A DNA stretch of 64,000 nt from Nemertoderma westbladi (GCA_032718475.1 JAUCBJ010002610.1:15782-79781), one strand, 5' to 3'. Shown: positions 25,801 to 39,800, counted from the first letter of the stretch. A program made the numbers and translations. The notes: generated from the sequence alone by a model not told the origin.

Positions 25801-28800
25801 TAGGAACCCAAATAAGTTAGTAACTCACCCTCATATCTCTCTAGGAATCCAAATAAGTTAGTAACTCACCCTCATATCTCTCTAGGAACCCAAATCAGTT
25901 AGTTACTCACCCTCCTATCTCTCTAGGAACCCAAATAAGTTAGTAACTCACCCTCATATCTCTCTAGGAACCCAAATCAGTTAGTTACTCACCCTCCTAT
26001 CTCTCTAGGAACCCAAATAAGTTAGTAACTCACCCTCATATCTCTCTAGGAATCCAAATAAGTTAGTAACTCACCCTCATATCTCTCTAGGAACCCAAAT
26101 CAGTTAGTTACTCACCCTCCTATCTCTCTAGGAACCCAAATAAGTTAGTAACTCACCCTCATATCTCTCTAGGAATCCAAATAAGTTAGTAACTCACCCT
26201 CATATCTCTCTAGGAACCCAAATCAGTTAGTAACTCACCCTCATATCTCTCTAGGAACCCAAATAAGTTAGTAACTCACCCTCCTATCTCTCTAGGAACC
26301 CAAATAAGTTAGTAACTCACCCTCATATCTCTCTAGGAACCCAAATAAGTTAGTAACTCACCCTCATATCTCTCTAGGAACCCAAATAAGTTAGTAACTC
26401 ACCCTCGTATCTCTCTAGGAACCCAAATCAGTTAGTTACTCACCCTCCTATCTCTCTAGGAACCCAAATAAGTTAGTAACTCACCCTCATATCTCTCTAG
26501 GAACCCAAATCAGTTAGTTACTCACCCTCCTATCTCTCTAGGAACCCAAATAAGTTAGTAACTCACCCTCCTATCTCTCTAGGAACCCAAATAAGTTAGT
26601 AACTCACCCTCATATCTCTCTAGGAACCCAAATAAGTTAGTAACTCACCCTCATATCTCTCTAGGAACCCAAATAAGTTAGTAACTCACCCTCGTATCTC
26701 TCTAGGAACCCAAATCAGTTAGTTACTCACCCTCCTATCTCTCTAGGAACCCAAATAAGTTAGTAACTCACCCTCATATCTCTCTAGGAACCCAAATCAG
26801 TTAGTTACTCACCCTCCTATCTCTCTAGGAACCCAAATAAGTTAGTAACTCACCCTCATATCTCTCTAGGAATCCAAATAAGTTAGTAACTCACCCTCAT
26901 ATCTCTCTAGGAACCCAAATCAGTTAGTTACTCACCCTCCTATCTCTCTAGGAACCCAAATAAGTTAGTAACTCACCCTCCTATCTCTCTAGGAACCCAA
27001 ATCAGTTAGTAACTCACCCTCCTATCTCTCTAGGAACCCAAATAAGTTAGTAACTCACCCTCATATCTCTCTAGGAACCCAAATCAGTTAGTTACTCACC
27101 CTCCTATCTCTCTAGGAACCCAAATAAGTTAGTAACTCACCCTCATATCTCTCTAGGAACCCAAATCAGTTAGTTACTCACCCTCCTATCTCTCTAGGAA
27201 CCCAAATAAGTTAGTAACTCACCCTCCTATCCCTCTAGGAACCCAAATAAGTTAGTAACTCACCCTGTTATCTCTCTAAACCCAAATCAGTTAGTTACTC
27301 ACCCTCCTATCTCTCTAGGAACCCAAATAAGTTAGTAACTCACCCTCATATCTCTCTAGTAACCCAAATCAGTTAGTTACTCACCCTCCTATCTCTCTAG
27401 GAACCCAAATCAGTTAGTAACTCACCCTATTATCTCTCTAGGAACCCAAATCAGTTAGTAACTCACCCTATTATCTCTCTAGGAACCCATATCAGTTAGT
27501 AACTCACCCTCATATCTCTCTAGTAACCCAAATCAGTTAGTTACTCACCCTCCTATCTCTCTAGGAACCCAAATCAGTTAGTTACTCACCCTCCTATCTC
27601 TCTAGGAACCCAAATCAGTTAGTAACTCTCCCTCATATCTCTCTATAGGAACCCAAACCAGTTAGTAACTCATCCTCATATCTCTCTATAGGAACCCAAA
27701 CCAGTTAGTAACTCACCCTCATATCTCTCTAGGAACCCAAATAAGTTAGTAACTCACCCTCCTATCTCTCTAGGAACCCAAATAAGTTAGTAACTCACCC
27801 TCCTATCCCTCTAAGCACCCAAATCAGTTAGTAACTCACCCTCATATCTCTCTAGGAACCCAAATCAGTTGTAGTAACTCACCCTCATATCTCTCTAGGA
27901 ACCCAAATAAGTTAGTAACTCACCCTCCTATCTCTCTAGGAACCCAAATAAGTTAGTAACTCACCCTCATATCTCTCTAGGAACCCAAATCAGTTGTAGT
28001 AACTCACCCTCATATCTCTCTAGGAACCCAAATAAGTTAGTAACTCACCCTCCTATCTCTCTAGGAACCCAAATAAGTTAGTAACTCACCCTCCTATCTC
28101 TCTAGGAACCCAAATAAGTTAGTAACTCACCCTCCTATCTCTCTAGGAACCCAAATCAGTTAGTAATTCAACCTCCTATCTCTCTAGGAACCCAAATCAG
28201 TTAGTAACTCACCCTCCTATCCCTCTAGGAACCCAAATCAGTTAGTAACTCACCCTCATATCTCTTTAGGAACCCAAATCAGTTAGTAACTCACCTTCAT
28301 ATCTCTCTAGGAACCCAAATCAGTTAGTTACTCACCCTATCTCTCTAGAACCCAAATAAGTTAGTAACTCACCCTCATATCTCTCTAGGGACCCAAATAA
28401 GTTAGTAACTCACCCTCATATCTCTCTAGGAACCCAAATCAGTTAGTTACTCACCCTCCTATCTCTCTAGGAACCCAACTAAGTTAGTAACTCACCCTCA
28501 TATCTCTCTAGGAACCCAAATAAGTTAGTAACTCGCCCTCATATCTCTCTAGTAACCCAAATAAGTTAGTAACTCACCCTCCTATCTCTCTAGGAACCCA
28601 AATCAGTTAGTTACTCACCCTCCTATCCCTCTAGGAACCCAAATCAGTTAGTAACTCACCCTCCTATCTCTCTAGGAACCCAACTAAGTTAGTAACTCAC
28701 CCTCATATCTCTCTAGGAACCCAAATCAGTTAGTTACTCACCCTCCTATCTCTCTAGGAACCCAAATAAGTTAGTAACTCACCCTCATATCTCTCTAGGA

Positions 28801-31800
28801 ACCCAAATCAGTTAGTTACTCACCCTCCTATCTCTCTAGGAACCCAAATAAGTTAGTAACTCACCCTCATATCTCTCTAGGAACCCAAATCAGTTAGTTA
28901 CTCACCCTCCTATCTCTCTAGGAACCCAAATAAGTTAGTAACTCACCCTCCTATCTCTCTAGGAACCCAAATCAGTTAGTAACTCACCCTCGTATCTCTC
29001 TAGGAACCCAAATCAGTTAGTTACTCACCCTCCTATCTCTCTAGGAACCCAAATAAGTTAGTAACTCACCCTCATATCTCTCTAGGAACCCAAATCAGTT
29101 AGTTACTCACCCTCCTATCTCTCTAGGAACCCAAATAAGTTAGTAACTCACCCTCATATCTCTCTAGGAACCCAAATCAGTTAGTAACTCACCTTCATAT
29201 CTCTCTAGGAACCCAAATAAGTTAGTAACTCACCCTCATATCTCTCTAGGAACCCAAATCAGTTAGTTACTCACCCTCCTATCTCTCTAGGAACCCAAAT
29301 AAGTTAGTAACTCACCCTCATATCTCTCTAGGAACCCAAATCAGTTAGTTACTCACCCTCCTATCTCTCTAGGAACCCAAATAAGTTAGTAACTCACCCT
29401 CCTATCTCTCTAGGAACCCAAATAAGTTAGTAACTCACCCTCATATCTCTCTAGGAACCCAAATCAGTTAGTTACTCACCCTCCTATCTCTCTAGGAACC
29501 CAAATAAGTTAGTAACTCACCCTCATATCTCTCTAGGAACCCAAATCAGTTAGTTACTCACCCTCCTATCTCTCTAGGAACCCAAATAAGTTAGTAACTC
29601 ACCCTCATAGCTCTCTAGGAACCCAAATCAGTTAGTTACTCACCCTCCTATCTCTCTAGGAACCCAAATAAGTTAGTAACTCACCCTCATATCTCTCTAG
29701 GAACCCAAATCAGTTAGTTACTCACCCTCCTATCTCTCTAGGAACCCAAATAAGTTAGTAACTCACCCTCCTATCTCTCTAGGAACCCAAATAAGTTAGT
29801 AACTCACCCTCATATCTCTCTAGGAACCCAAATCAGTTAGTTACTCACCCTCCTATCTCTCTAGGAACCCAAATAAGTTAGTAACTCACCCTCATATCTC
29901 TCTAGGAACCCAAATCAGTTAGTTACTCACCCTCCTATCTCTCTAGGAACCCAAATAAGTTAGTAACTCACCCTCATATCTCTCTAGGAACCCAAATCAG
30001 TTAGTTACTCACCCTCCTATCTCTCTAGGAACCCAAATAAGTTAGTAACTCACCCTCATATCTCTCTAGGAACCCAAATCAGTTAGTTACTCACCCTCCT
30101 ATCTCTCTAGGAACCCAAATAAGTTAGTAACTCACCCTCATATCTCTCTAGGAATCCAAATAAGTTAGTAACTCACCCTCATATCTCTCTAGGAACCCAA
30201 ATCAGTTAGTTACTCACCCTCCTATCTCTCTAGGAACCCAAATAAGTTAGTAACTCACCCTCATATCTCTCTAGTAACCCAAATCAGTTAGTAACTCACC
30301 CTCGTATCTCTCTAGGAACCCAAATCAGTTAGTTACTCACCCTCCTATCTCTCTAGGAACCCAAATAAGTTAGTAACTCACCCTCATATCTCTCTAGGAA
30401 CCCAAATCAGTTAGTTACTCACCCTCATATCTCTCTAGGAACCCAAATCAGTTAGTTACTCACCCTCCTATCTCTCTAGGAACCCAAATAAGTTAGTAAC
30501 TCACCCTCATATCTCTCTAGGAACCCAAATCAGTTAGTTACTCACCCTCCTATCTCTCTAGGAACCCAAATAAGTTAGTAACTCACCCTCATATCTCTCT
30601 AGGAATCCAAATAAGTTAGTAACTCACCCTCATATCTCTCTAGGAACCCAAATCAGTTAGTTACTCACCCTCCTATCTCTCTAGGAACCCAAATAAGTTA
30701 GTAACTCACCCTCATATCTCTCTAGGAACCCAAATCAGTTAGTTACTCACCCTCCTATCTCTCTAGGAACCCAAATAAGTTAGTAACTCACCCTCATATC
30801 TCTCTAGGAATCCAAATAAGTTAGTAACTCACCCTCATATCTCTCTAGGAACCCAAATCAGTTAGTTACTCACCCTCCTATCTCTCTAGGAACCCAAATA
30901 AGTTAGTAACTCACCCTCATATCTCTCTAGGAATCCAAATAAGTTAGTAACTCACCCTCATATCTCTCTAGGAACCCAAATCAGTTAGTAACTCACCCTC
31001 ATATCTCTCTAGGAACCCAAATAAGTTAGTAACTCACCCTCCTATCTCTCTAGGAACCCAAATAAGTTAGTAACTCACCCTCATATCTCTCTAGGAACCC
31101 AAATAAGTTAGTAACTCACCCTCATATCTCTCTAGGAACCCAAATAAGTTAGTAACTCACCCTCGTATCTCTCTAGGAACCCAAATCAGTTAGTTACTCA
31201 CCCTCCTATCTCTCTAGGAACCCAAATAAGTTAGTAACTCACCCTCATATCTCTCTAGGAACCCAAATCAGTTAGTTACTCACCCTCCTATCTCTCTAGG
31301 AACCCAAATAAGTTAGTAACTCACCCTCCTATCTCTCTAGGAACCCAAATAAGTTAGTAACTCACCCTCATATCTCTCTAGGAACCCAAATAAGTTAGTA
31401 ACTCACCCTCATATCTCTCTAGGAACCCAAATAAGTTAGTAACTCACCCTCGTATCTCTCTAGGAACCCAAATCAGTTAGTTACTCACCCTCCTATCTCT
31501 CTAGGAACCCAAATAAGTTAGTAACTCACCCTCATATCTCTCTAGGAACCCAAATCAGTTAGTTACTCACCCTCCTATCTCTCTAGGAACCCAAATAAGT
31601 TAGTAACTCACCCTCATATCTCTCTAGGAATCCAAATAAGTTAGTAACTCACCCTCATATCTCTCTAGGAACCCAAATCAGTTAGTTACTCACCCTCCTA
31701 TCTCTCTAGGAACCCAAATAAGTTAGTAACTCACCCTCCTATCTCTCTAGGAACCCAAATCAGTTAGTAACTCACCCTCCTATCTCTCTAGGAACCCAAA

Positions 31801-34800
31801 TAAGTTAGTAACTCACCCTCATATCTCTCTAGGAACCCAAATCAGTTAGTTACTCACCCTCCTATCTCTCTAGGAACCCAAATAAGTTAGTAACTCACCC
31901 TCATATCTCTCTAGGAACCCAAATCAGTTAGTTACTCACCCTCCTATCTCTCTAGGAACCCAAATAAGTTAGTAACTCACCCTCCTATCCCTCTAGGAAC
32001 CCAAATAAGTTAGTAACTCACCCTGTTATCTCTCTAAACCCAAATCAGTTAGTTACTCACCCTCCTATCTCTCTAGGAACCCAAATAAGTTAGTAACTCA
32101 CCCTCATATCTCTCTAGTAACCCAAATCAGTTAGTTACTCACCCTCCTATCTCTCTAGGAACCCAAATCAGTTAGTAACTCACCCTATTATCTCTCTAGG
32201 AACCCAAATCAGTTAGTAACTCACCCTATTATCTCTCTAGGAACCCATATCAGTTAGTAACTCACCCTCATATCTCTCTAGTAACCCAAATCAGTTAGTT
32301 ACTCACCCTCCTATCTCTCTAGGAACCCAAATAAGTTAGTAACTCACCCTCATATCTCTCTAGTAACCCAAATCAGTTAGTTACTCACCCTCCTATCTCT
32401 CTAGGAACCCAAATCAGTTAGTAACTCTCCCTCATATCTCTCTATAGGAACCCAAATCAGTTAGTAACTCACCCTATTATCTCTCTAGGAACCCATATCA
32501 GTTAGTAACTCACCCTCATATCTCTCTAGTAACCCAAATCAGTTAGTAACTCACCCTCGTATCTCTCTAGGAACCCAAATCAGTTAGTAACTCACCCTAT
32601 TATCTCTCTAGGAACCCATATCAGTTAGTAACTCACCTTCATATCTCTCTAGGAACCCAAATCAGTTAGTAACTCACCCTATTATCTCTCTAGGAACCCA
32701 TATCAGTTAGTAACTCACCCTCATATCTCTCTAGTAACCCAAATCAGTTAGTTACTCACCCTCCTATCTCTCTAGGAACCCAAATAAGTTAGTAACTCAC
32801 CCTCCTATCTCTCTAGGAACCCAAATCAGTTAGTAACTCTCCCTCATATCTCTCTATAGGAACCCAAACCAGTTAGTAACTCACCCTCCTATCTCTCTAG
32901 GAACCCAAATCAGTTAGTTACTCACCCTCCTATCTCTCTAGGAACCCAAATAAGTTAGTAACTCACCCTCATATCTCTCTAGTAACCCAAATCAGTTAGT
33001 TACTCACCCTCCTATCTCTCTAGTAACCCAAATCAGTTAGTTACTCACCCTCATATCTCTCTAGTAACCCAAATCAGTTAGTTACTCACCCTCCTATCTC
33101 TCTAGGAACCCAAATAAGTTAGTAACTCACCCTCATATCTCTCTAGTAACCCAAATCAGTTAGTTACTCACCCTCCTATCTCTCTAGGAACCCAAATCAG
33201 TTAGTAACTCTCCCTCATATCTCTCTATAGGAACCCAAACCAGTTAGTAACTCACCCTCGTATCTCTCTAGGAACCCAAATCAGTTAGTAACTCACCCTA
33301 TTATCTCTCTAGGAACCCAAATCAGTTAGTTACTCACCCTCCTATCTCTCTAGGAACCCAAATAAGTTAGTAACTCACCCTCATATCTCTCTAGTAACCC
33401 AAATCAGTTAGTTACTCACCCTCCTATCTCTCTAGGAACCCAAATCAGTTAGTAACTCTCCCTCATATCTCTCTATAGGAACCCAAACCAGTTAGTAACT
33501 CACCCTCGTATCTCTCTAGGAACCCAACTAAGTTAGTAACTCACCCTCATATCTCTCTAGGAACCCAAATCAGTTACTAACTCACCCTCATATCTCTCTA
33601 GGAACCCAAATCAGTTAGTTACTCACCCTCCTATCTCTCTAGGAACCCAAATCACTTAGTAACTCACCCTCCTATCCCTCTAGGAACCCAAACCAGTTAG
33701 TAATTCAACCTCCTATCTCTCTAGGAACCCAAATCAGTTAGTTACTCACCCTGTTATCTCTCTAAACCCAAATAAGTTAGTAACTCACCCTCCTATCTCT
33801 CTAGGAATCCAAATAAGTTAGTAACTCACCCTCATATCTCTCTAGGGACCCAAATAAGTTAGTAACTCACCCTCGTATCTCTCTAGGAACCCAAATCAGT
33901 TAGTAACTCACCCTATTATCTCTCTAGGAACCCATATCAGTTAGTAACTCACCTTCATATCTCTCTAGGAACCCAAATCAGTTAGTAACTCACCCTATTA
34001 TCTCTCTAGGAACCCATATCAGTTAGTAACTCACTTTCATATCTCTCTAGGAACCCAAATCAGTTAGTAACTCACCCTGTTATCTCTCTAAACCCAAATC
34101 AGTTAGTTACTCACCCTCCTATCTCTCTAGGAACCCAAATCAGTTAGTAACTCACCCTGTTATCTCTCTAAACCCAAATCAGTTAGTTACTCACCCTCCT
34201 ATCCCTCTAGGAACCCAAATCAGTTAGTAAATCACCCTCCTATCTCTCTAGGAATCCAAATCAGTTATAGTAATTCACCCTCCTATCCCTCTAGGAACCC
34301 AAATCAGTTAGTAACTCACCCTATTATCTCTCTAGGAACCCATATCAGTTAGTAACTCACCTTCATATCTCTCTAGGAACCCAAATAAGTTAGTAACTCA
34401 CCCTCATATCTCTCTAGTAACCCAAATCAGTTAGTTACTCACCCTCCTATCTCTCTAGGAACCCAAATCAGTTAGTTACTCACCCTCCTATCTCTCTAGG
34501 AACCCAAATCAGTTAGTAACTCACCCTCATATCTCTCTAGGAACCCAAATCAGTTAGTAACTCACCCTCATATCTCTCTAGGAACCCAAATCAGTTAGTA
34601 ACTCACCCTCATATCTCTCTAGGAACCCAAATCAGTTAGTAACTCACCCTCATATCTCTCTAGGAACCCAAATCAGTTAGTAACTCACCCTCGTATCTCT
34701 CTAGGAACCCAAATCAGTTAGTTACTCACCCTCCTATCTCTCTAGGAACCCAAATAAGTTAGTAACTCACCCTCATATCTCTCTAGGAACCCAAATCAGT

Positions 34801-35773
34801 TAGTTACTCACCCTCCTATCTCTCTAGGAACCCAAATCAGTTAGTAACTCACCCTCATATCTCTCTAGGAACCCAAATCAGTTAGTAACTCACCCTCCTA
34901 TCTCTCTAGGAACCCAAATCAGTTAGTTACTCACCCTCCTATCTCTCTAGGAACCCAAATCAGTTAGTAACTCACCCTCCTATCTCTCTAGGAACCCAAA
35001 TCAGTTAGTTACTCACCCTCCTATCTCTCTAGGAACCCAAATCAGTTAGTTACTCACCCTCCTATCTCTCTAGGAACCCAAATCAGTTAGTAACTCACCC
35101 TCCTATCTCTCTAGGAACCCAAATCAGTTAGTAACTCACCCTCATATCTCTCTAGGAACCCAAATCAGTTAGTTACTCACCCTCATATCTCTCTAGGAAC
35201 CCAAATCAGTTAGTAACTCACCCTCATATCTCTCTAGGAACCCAAATCAGTTAGTAACTCACCCTCTTATCTCTCTAGGAACCCAAATCAGTTAGTAACT
35301 CACCCTCATATCTCTCTAGGAACCCAAATCAGTTAGTAACTCACCCTCATATCTCTCTAGGAACCCAAATCAGTTAGTAACTCACCCTCCTATCTCTCTA
35401 GGAACCCAAATCAGTTAGTTACTCACCCTCCTATCTCTCTAGGAACCCAAATAAGTTAGTAACTCACCCCCCTATCTCTCTAGGAACCCAAACCAGTTAG
35501 TAACTCACCCTGTTATCTCTCTAAACCCAAATCAGTTAGTTACTCACCCTCCTATCTCTCTAGGAACCCAAATCAGTTATAGTAACTCACCCTCATATCT
35601 CTCTAGGAACCCAAATAAGTTAGTAACTCACCCTCCTATCTCTCTAGGAACCCAAATCAGTTAGTAACTCACCTTCATATCTCTCTAGGAACCCAAACCA
35701 GTTAGTAACTCACCCTCCTATCCCAGAGGAACCCAAACCAGTTAGTAACTCACCCTCCTATCCCAGAGGAACC
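19849..35773 (-). repeat. 41-bp satellite (~390 copies) derived from the GGT exon-3 / intron donor junction
   Basis: Minus-strand unit GGTTCCTAGAGAGATAGGAGG|GTGAGTTACTAACTGATTTG vs the genuine junction GGTTCCTCTGGGATAGGAGG|GTGAGTTACTAACTGGTTTG at 35773-35734. Confidence 0.97.
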
Positions 35774-35905
35774 ACTGTGGATCACAGATATACAAAATGT
35801 TGCCGCCACTGCCGCGTCCACTGCATTCCCGCCGCTCTGTAGAATTTTCGTACCGACTTGGGAACATTGAGTGGCGTCGCTCGCTACTGCACCGTGCGGG
35901 AGAAC
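35754..35905 (-). CDS. GGT7: GGT7-like gamma-glutamyltransferase, coding exon 3 (152 nt)
   Basis: TTCTAG| VLPHGAVASDATQCSQVGTKILQSGGNAVDAAVAATFCISVIHSGSSGIGG |GTGAGT; GGT N-terminal signature GAV..D..CS..G..IL..GGNAVDAAVA...SSGIGG. Phase 0 start, phase 2 end. Confidence 0.92.
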
Positions 35906-36016
35906 CTAGAACCATAGTGAGTGATCAGTGGACATGGACAGGATTAAATTGGATAATATAAAATAAAAAATTAATGAAAGTATAGGCCTATTCTTATAAA
36001 ATAAACGGAGCGAAAA

Positions 36017-36377
36017 TGTCGTAATTCAGTGACATGATCCCCCCCCCCCCCCCCCCCTCAAGTTTTCTACAGGTTGGGAAATAGTTGAGTTATGGGCATT
36101 CGAATGTTGCATGTAGGCCTTAGGCCTATTTGTTTCCTATGTATATGTACTAGTATTATGAATATTATGTATTTATTAGATAGAATAAATTGCCTGCACC
36201 AGATGCAAAATCATTAAGATTTGTAGAAAAATTTGGGGTGGGGTGGGGTGGGGTGGGGGTGGGGTGGGGGTGGGGGTGGGGTGGGGTGGGGTGGGGTGGG
36301 GTGGGGTGGGGTGGGGTGGGGTGGGGTGGGGTGGGGTGGGGGGGGGGGGGGGGGGGGGGTATCACTGAATTACGACA
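36017..36377. mobile_element. MITE-like element with 16-bp inverted repeats, containing poly-C and (GGGGT)n
   Basis: TGTCGTAATTCAGTGA (36017-36032) / TCACTGAATTACGACA (36362-36377); a related end sequence occurs at 9361-9400. Confidence 0.6.
36234..36360 (+). repeat. (GGGGT)n / poly-G tract, G-quadruplex-prone
   Basis: About 20 consecutive G4-G5 runs separated by T, then poly-G. Confidence 0.9.
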
Positions 36378-36628
36378 CTATATTCCAGGACATGGTGTAA
36401 ACTGTTAAGTAGTGAGACATTACTACTTGCTGACTTGGACTAGGAAATTAAAATTATATTAGAAAATATAAATATTTCATGATTTATTGATTTAAACTCA
36501 ATTCTTAAACATTAAATAACTAATCTTACCAGGATGGTTGATTATATTGGTGGATCAATGATTGATTAACATACAATTTATATTTCAAAAATAAATATAT
36601 ACCGGTATAGAAATAATAATAAACTCAC

Positions 36629-36825
36629 AGGTGGAACTCCTATAACATTTTCCACTATAACACCGATTGTCAAGGCAACTGCGAGAACTATAGAAGAGCC
36701 TATAATCACATAAAGTTGAGTCTTTTCGCTGCCACATTTAGAATCCCATAAACCTCGTCCTTCTGAGCTCAACGGAGTTTTCTCAGACAGATCGCTGTTG
36801 CGTGAAGCCAAGGGCAATGTGTCCG
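36629..36825 (-). CDS. GGT7: GGT7-like gene, coding exon 2 (cytosolic tail plus type II transmembrane anchor)
   Basis: TTGTAG|CG GAC ACA TTG... DTLPLASRNSDLSEKTPL...LYVIIGSSIVLAVALTIGVIVENVIGVPP|GTGAGT; phase 0 end joins exon 3 in frame. Long tail and TM followed by G.P resemble GGT7 more than GGT1; paralogue assignment is tentative. Confidence 0.8.
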
Positions 36826-39800
36826 CTACAATTAAAACAGTTAAAACAAATTAGATAGTCTGTCTGACTAATCGGGTTTACCAAAATATCACAGAATCAA
36901 AATGGCATTGATAAGATGCTAAAACATATGAGATAATTGCTATAGGCCTAAGTAAAAATATTCATCAAATTGTCTGCCAGTCTGCCACTCCGACGCTCTA
37001 CGTATGTTGTTAGGCTCTTAATAAATGTATACAGTCAAATGGTGTAATCATATACACCATTTCCCATAATACAACAACCATGTTTAGCAAGTCGGAGAGC
37101 ACCCCCACGCCCCCCCCCCCCCCAATTTTTTCAAATTTCACTCAAATTTCAATTTCAAATTTGGAATTTTTTGGTGAAATTCAAAACAGTTTTCCGATTC
37201 TGGAGATAAAGGCGGTTCCAATGGTATCCGGATTACAGGTATAACCAAAAGACGAAAAATAAAGTCAATAGAGATGGTAAAATATTGCTTAAGAGGCGTT
37301 TTAATGGCTTGTTGTATCGAAATGCGAAATGGAACAGAAATTGAAAAATCCGGCTCTGCCCGCAGTAAGAAAAGTGGGTACGGGTAGGACTAAAAACCAA
37401 AACGGACCCAAACGGCAACGGGGAAATACGTAGTTATATCGGATTTATTCATATCACAATGGTGTGGCGAAAAGATCTGGAAATACAATTTACCACTTAA
37501 TTAATTAATTAATTAATTAAGTAAGCCCTAAAACCTTAATTGATTTCCTGCATGCCTAGATGTGCTGATACGATGGTACCGGTACAAACTACAAAGGACT
37601 TTCAGTTTCTCAGTATAACACCATACACCGTGTGTAGGTTCAGTTTGGGTGAGTTCCAATATTTTGATGATTAAATCGCCACAATGGAGGTTAAACTTTT
37701 TACTACTGTAGTATGCTGCCGCTATGGTCGCTATGGAGAAAACAATCGCCACAACGGAGGTTATACTGTCTGACCGGGGTTGCCGCAAGTTGAGGAAACT
37801 ATTTCAGTGAAATAGGCCTATTTTATTTCCGTTTTATTCACATTCTTCGTAAATTGTATTTCCAGCCACACCGTTTGCCGTTGTGATATTAATATGTCCA
37901 ATACCGGTCGCCTGTATGGAATCCATCCAAAAAGTGCGCCGGACAGCGCGCCGACCAATATTTATGCGCTCCGCGCGCCGATGCAATTTCGAAGCAAACC
38001 CTGCGTCAACGAAAATTTTAAGCGTGCCGCACATTGCTGCCAATGTCAGTACTGCTGTACCTGTCCCTGCTGCCCTGTACAGCAGTAGCCTAACCACTGA
38101 ACCATACAACAGAAAAAAGAAAGGCGATTGAAGCGAGTCGAAATTTTTAAACAGCTAATGCAATTTTTAAGGCACTTCCGTAATTGTTAAACTAACAAAT
38201 CGGCGCCGGTTTTTATTTTTGGGAGCGCCACGCGCCAAAGCCGGCGCGCTTTACGATTTTCGAGCGCGCCACGCGCGCTTTTATTGCAAAGCGCGCTGGA
38301 TTCCAGTCTGGACCGGTCGTATAACTCCGAATTTCCCCGTTTGGGTATCGTTTGTGTCCGTTTGGATTATAGTCCTACCGACTGACCGAGAAAAGTTGTG
38401 GAACTAATTTTAAAATCACTCAATCAATCATCATTTCTAAATTTGAAAAATATTAGGCCGGGCCGGGAGTGCGGGAGATGGTGTATAAACTATAAAGCAG
38501 CAAGTTATCCCTTAGGAGAGTACAGAGTACACTGATACCTATTTGGAGCCGTTTCCCAGCTTGCGGATACCGGGATATGCAGTATGATATGGATAACATT
38601 CGGATAACAATCAGATAGCTGTATAGGCATAAACAAAACTAAAGTATCACATGCTTCAAAGGCTGAAATGGAACTAAACGTAATTATAATTGACAACGTG
38701 AACATCACCACAAGGCACTAGGCAGCAAGCAGGCAAGGGGGCATTAAAGTTTGAGAAACGGTGTGACAGAAGAAAAATCGAATTTGTGTCAAAATTTAGA
38801 AAGAGTGAGAAAACCAAATTGATTCTAGTCGAAAAACGGGATGAAATGAAATACGGGATGACATTATTTTCATTATATGTCTTTATGTAGGAATGGCAGA
38901 ATGGAAAGATAGATAGATATACTGAACTGTGAGTGAAGGATGATTTAGATTGCAGGGCAATTGTATCAGCATTACACAGTTCTGCAGTTACAATCTTTAA
39001 CTATCAGACTATTATTGGTACAAACAACAATCCAGCAATCAAATCAACCACCTCCCCAAGCAGCGCCAGAGATTACTAGCAAAAATAAACTATCACCAGT
39101 CAGCTGGTCAGTCTGTGTTTGTGTTATTGATTCTCATTCTCACCTTATTTACGATTTATTACAATATATAGCTGTATTGGTTAGAACTTATAATATGCCA
39201 CTCCACTACCGGTATAAGCAATAAGTATAACCTGGCCCTTAGGTAGTTAGGCCTAACATTTCAGGATCTATGGAATGACCATAGGACTTAATGACGCAGA
39301 ACGATATAAGCCATATTCATATTCAATGAGTTAGTTAAGTTGCCAAATATGGCAACAACGGCTTTATATCTGTATATAGTTGCCAAATCAGGCAATCAGA
39401 AATGTTGCCAGATTTTGCTTGGTTGCCAAATATGGCAATCACAATCATGTGCAATGTATCATTGTACAATGGCCAAATTTGGCCATTGTACCTAACCTAA
39501 CTGACATTACAAATACAAATTACGAGAATAAGAACAGAATGATGTTTATGAATACAGGAATATGAAGATTGCATGTAAAACTAGGCCTGCCAAAATTGGC
39601 AGTACTATCAATTTTGGCAGTAAAACTACCAATATTGTAACATGCCAAAATTGGTAATGTGCCCGACTTACAACGGAAGGCAGTAGGCAGTAGGCAGGTA
39701 GGCCTATGTTTGGTTGATTCTGTTTGTTATAACAGTGCCGCATGCCGCGGTGCCGGTATATTTTCCTGCTAAAGCTAAAGTCATGGTTGTTGGTTTCTTA

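Noticed and set aside
36165-36408. Pro/His-rich and Gly/Trp-rich ORFs
   Set aside because: Translations of the (GGGGT)n tract.
37900-38320. Possible GC-rich MITE with ACCGGTC..TGGAATCCA inverted ends
   Set aside because: The inverted match is short and gapped, with no TSD; insufficient support.
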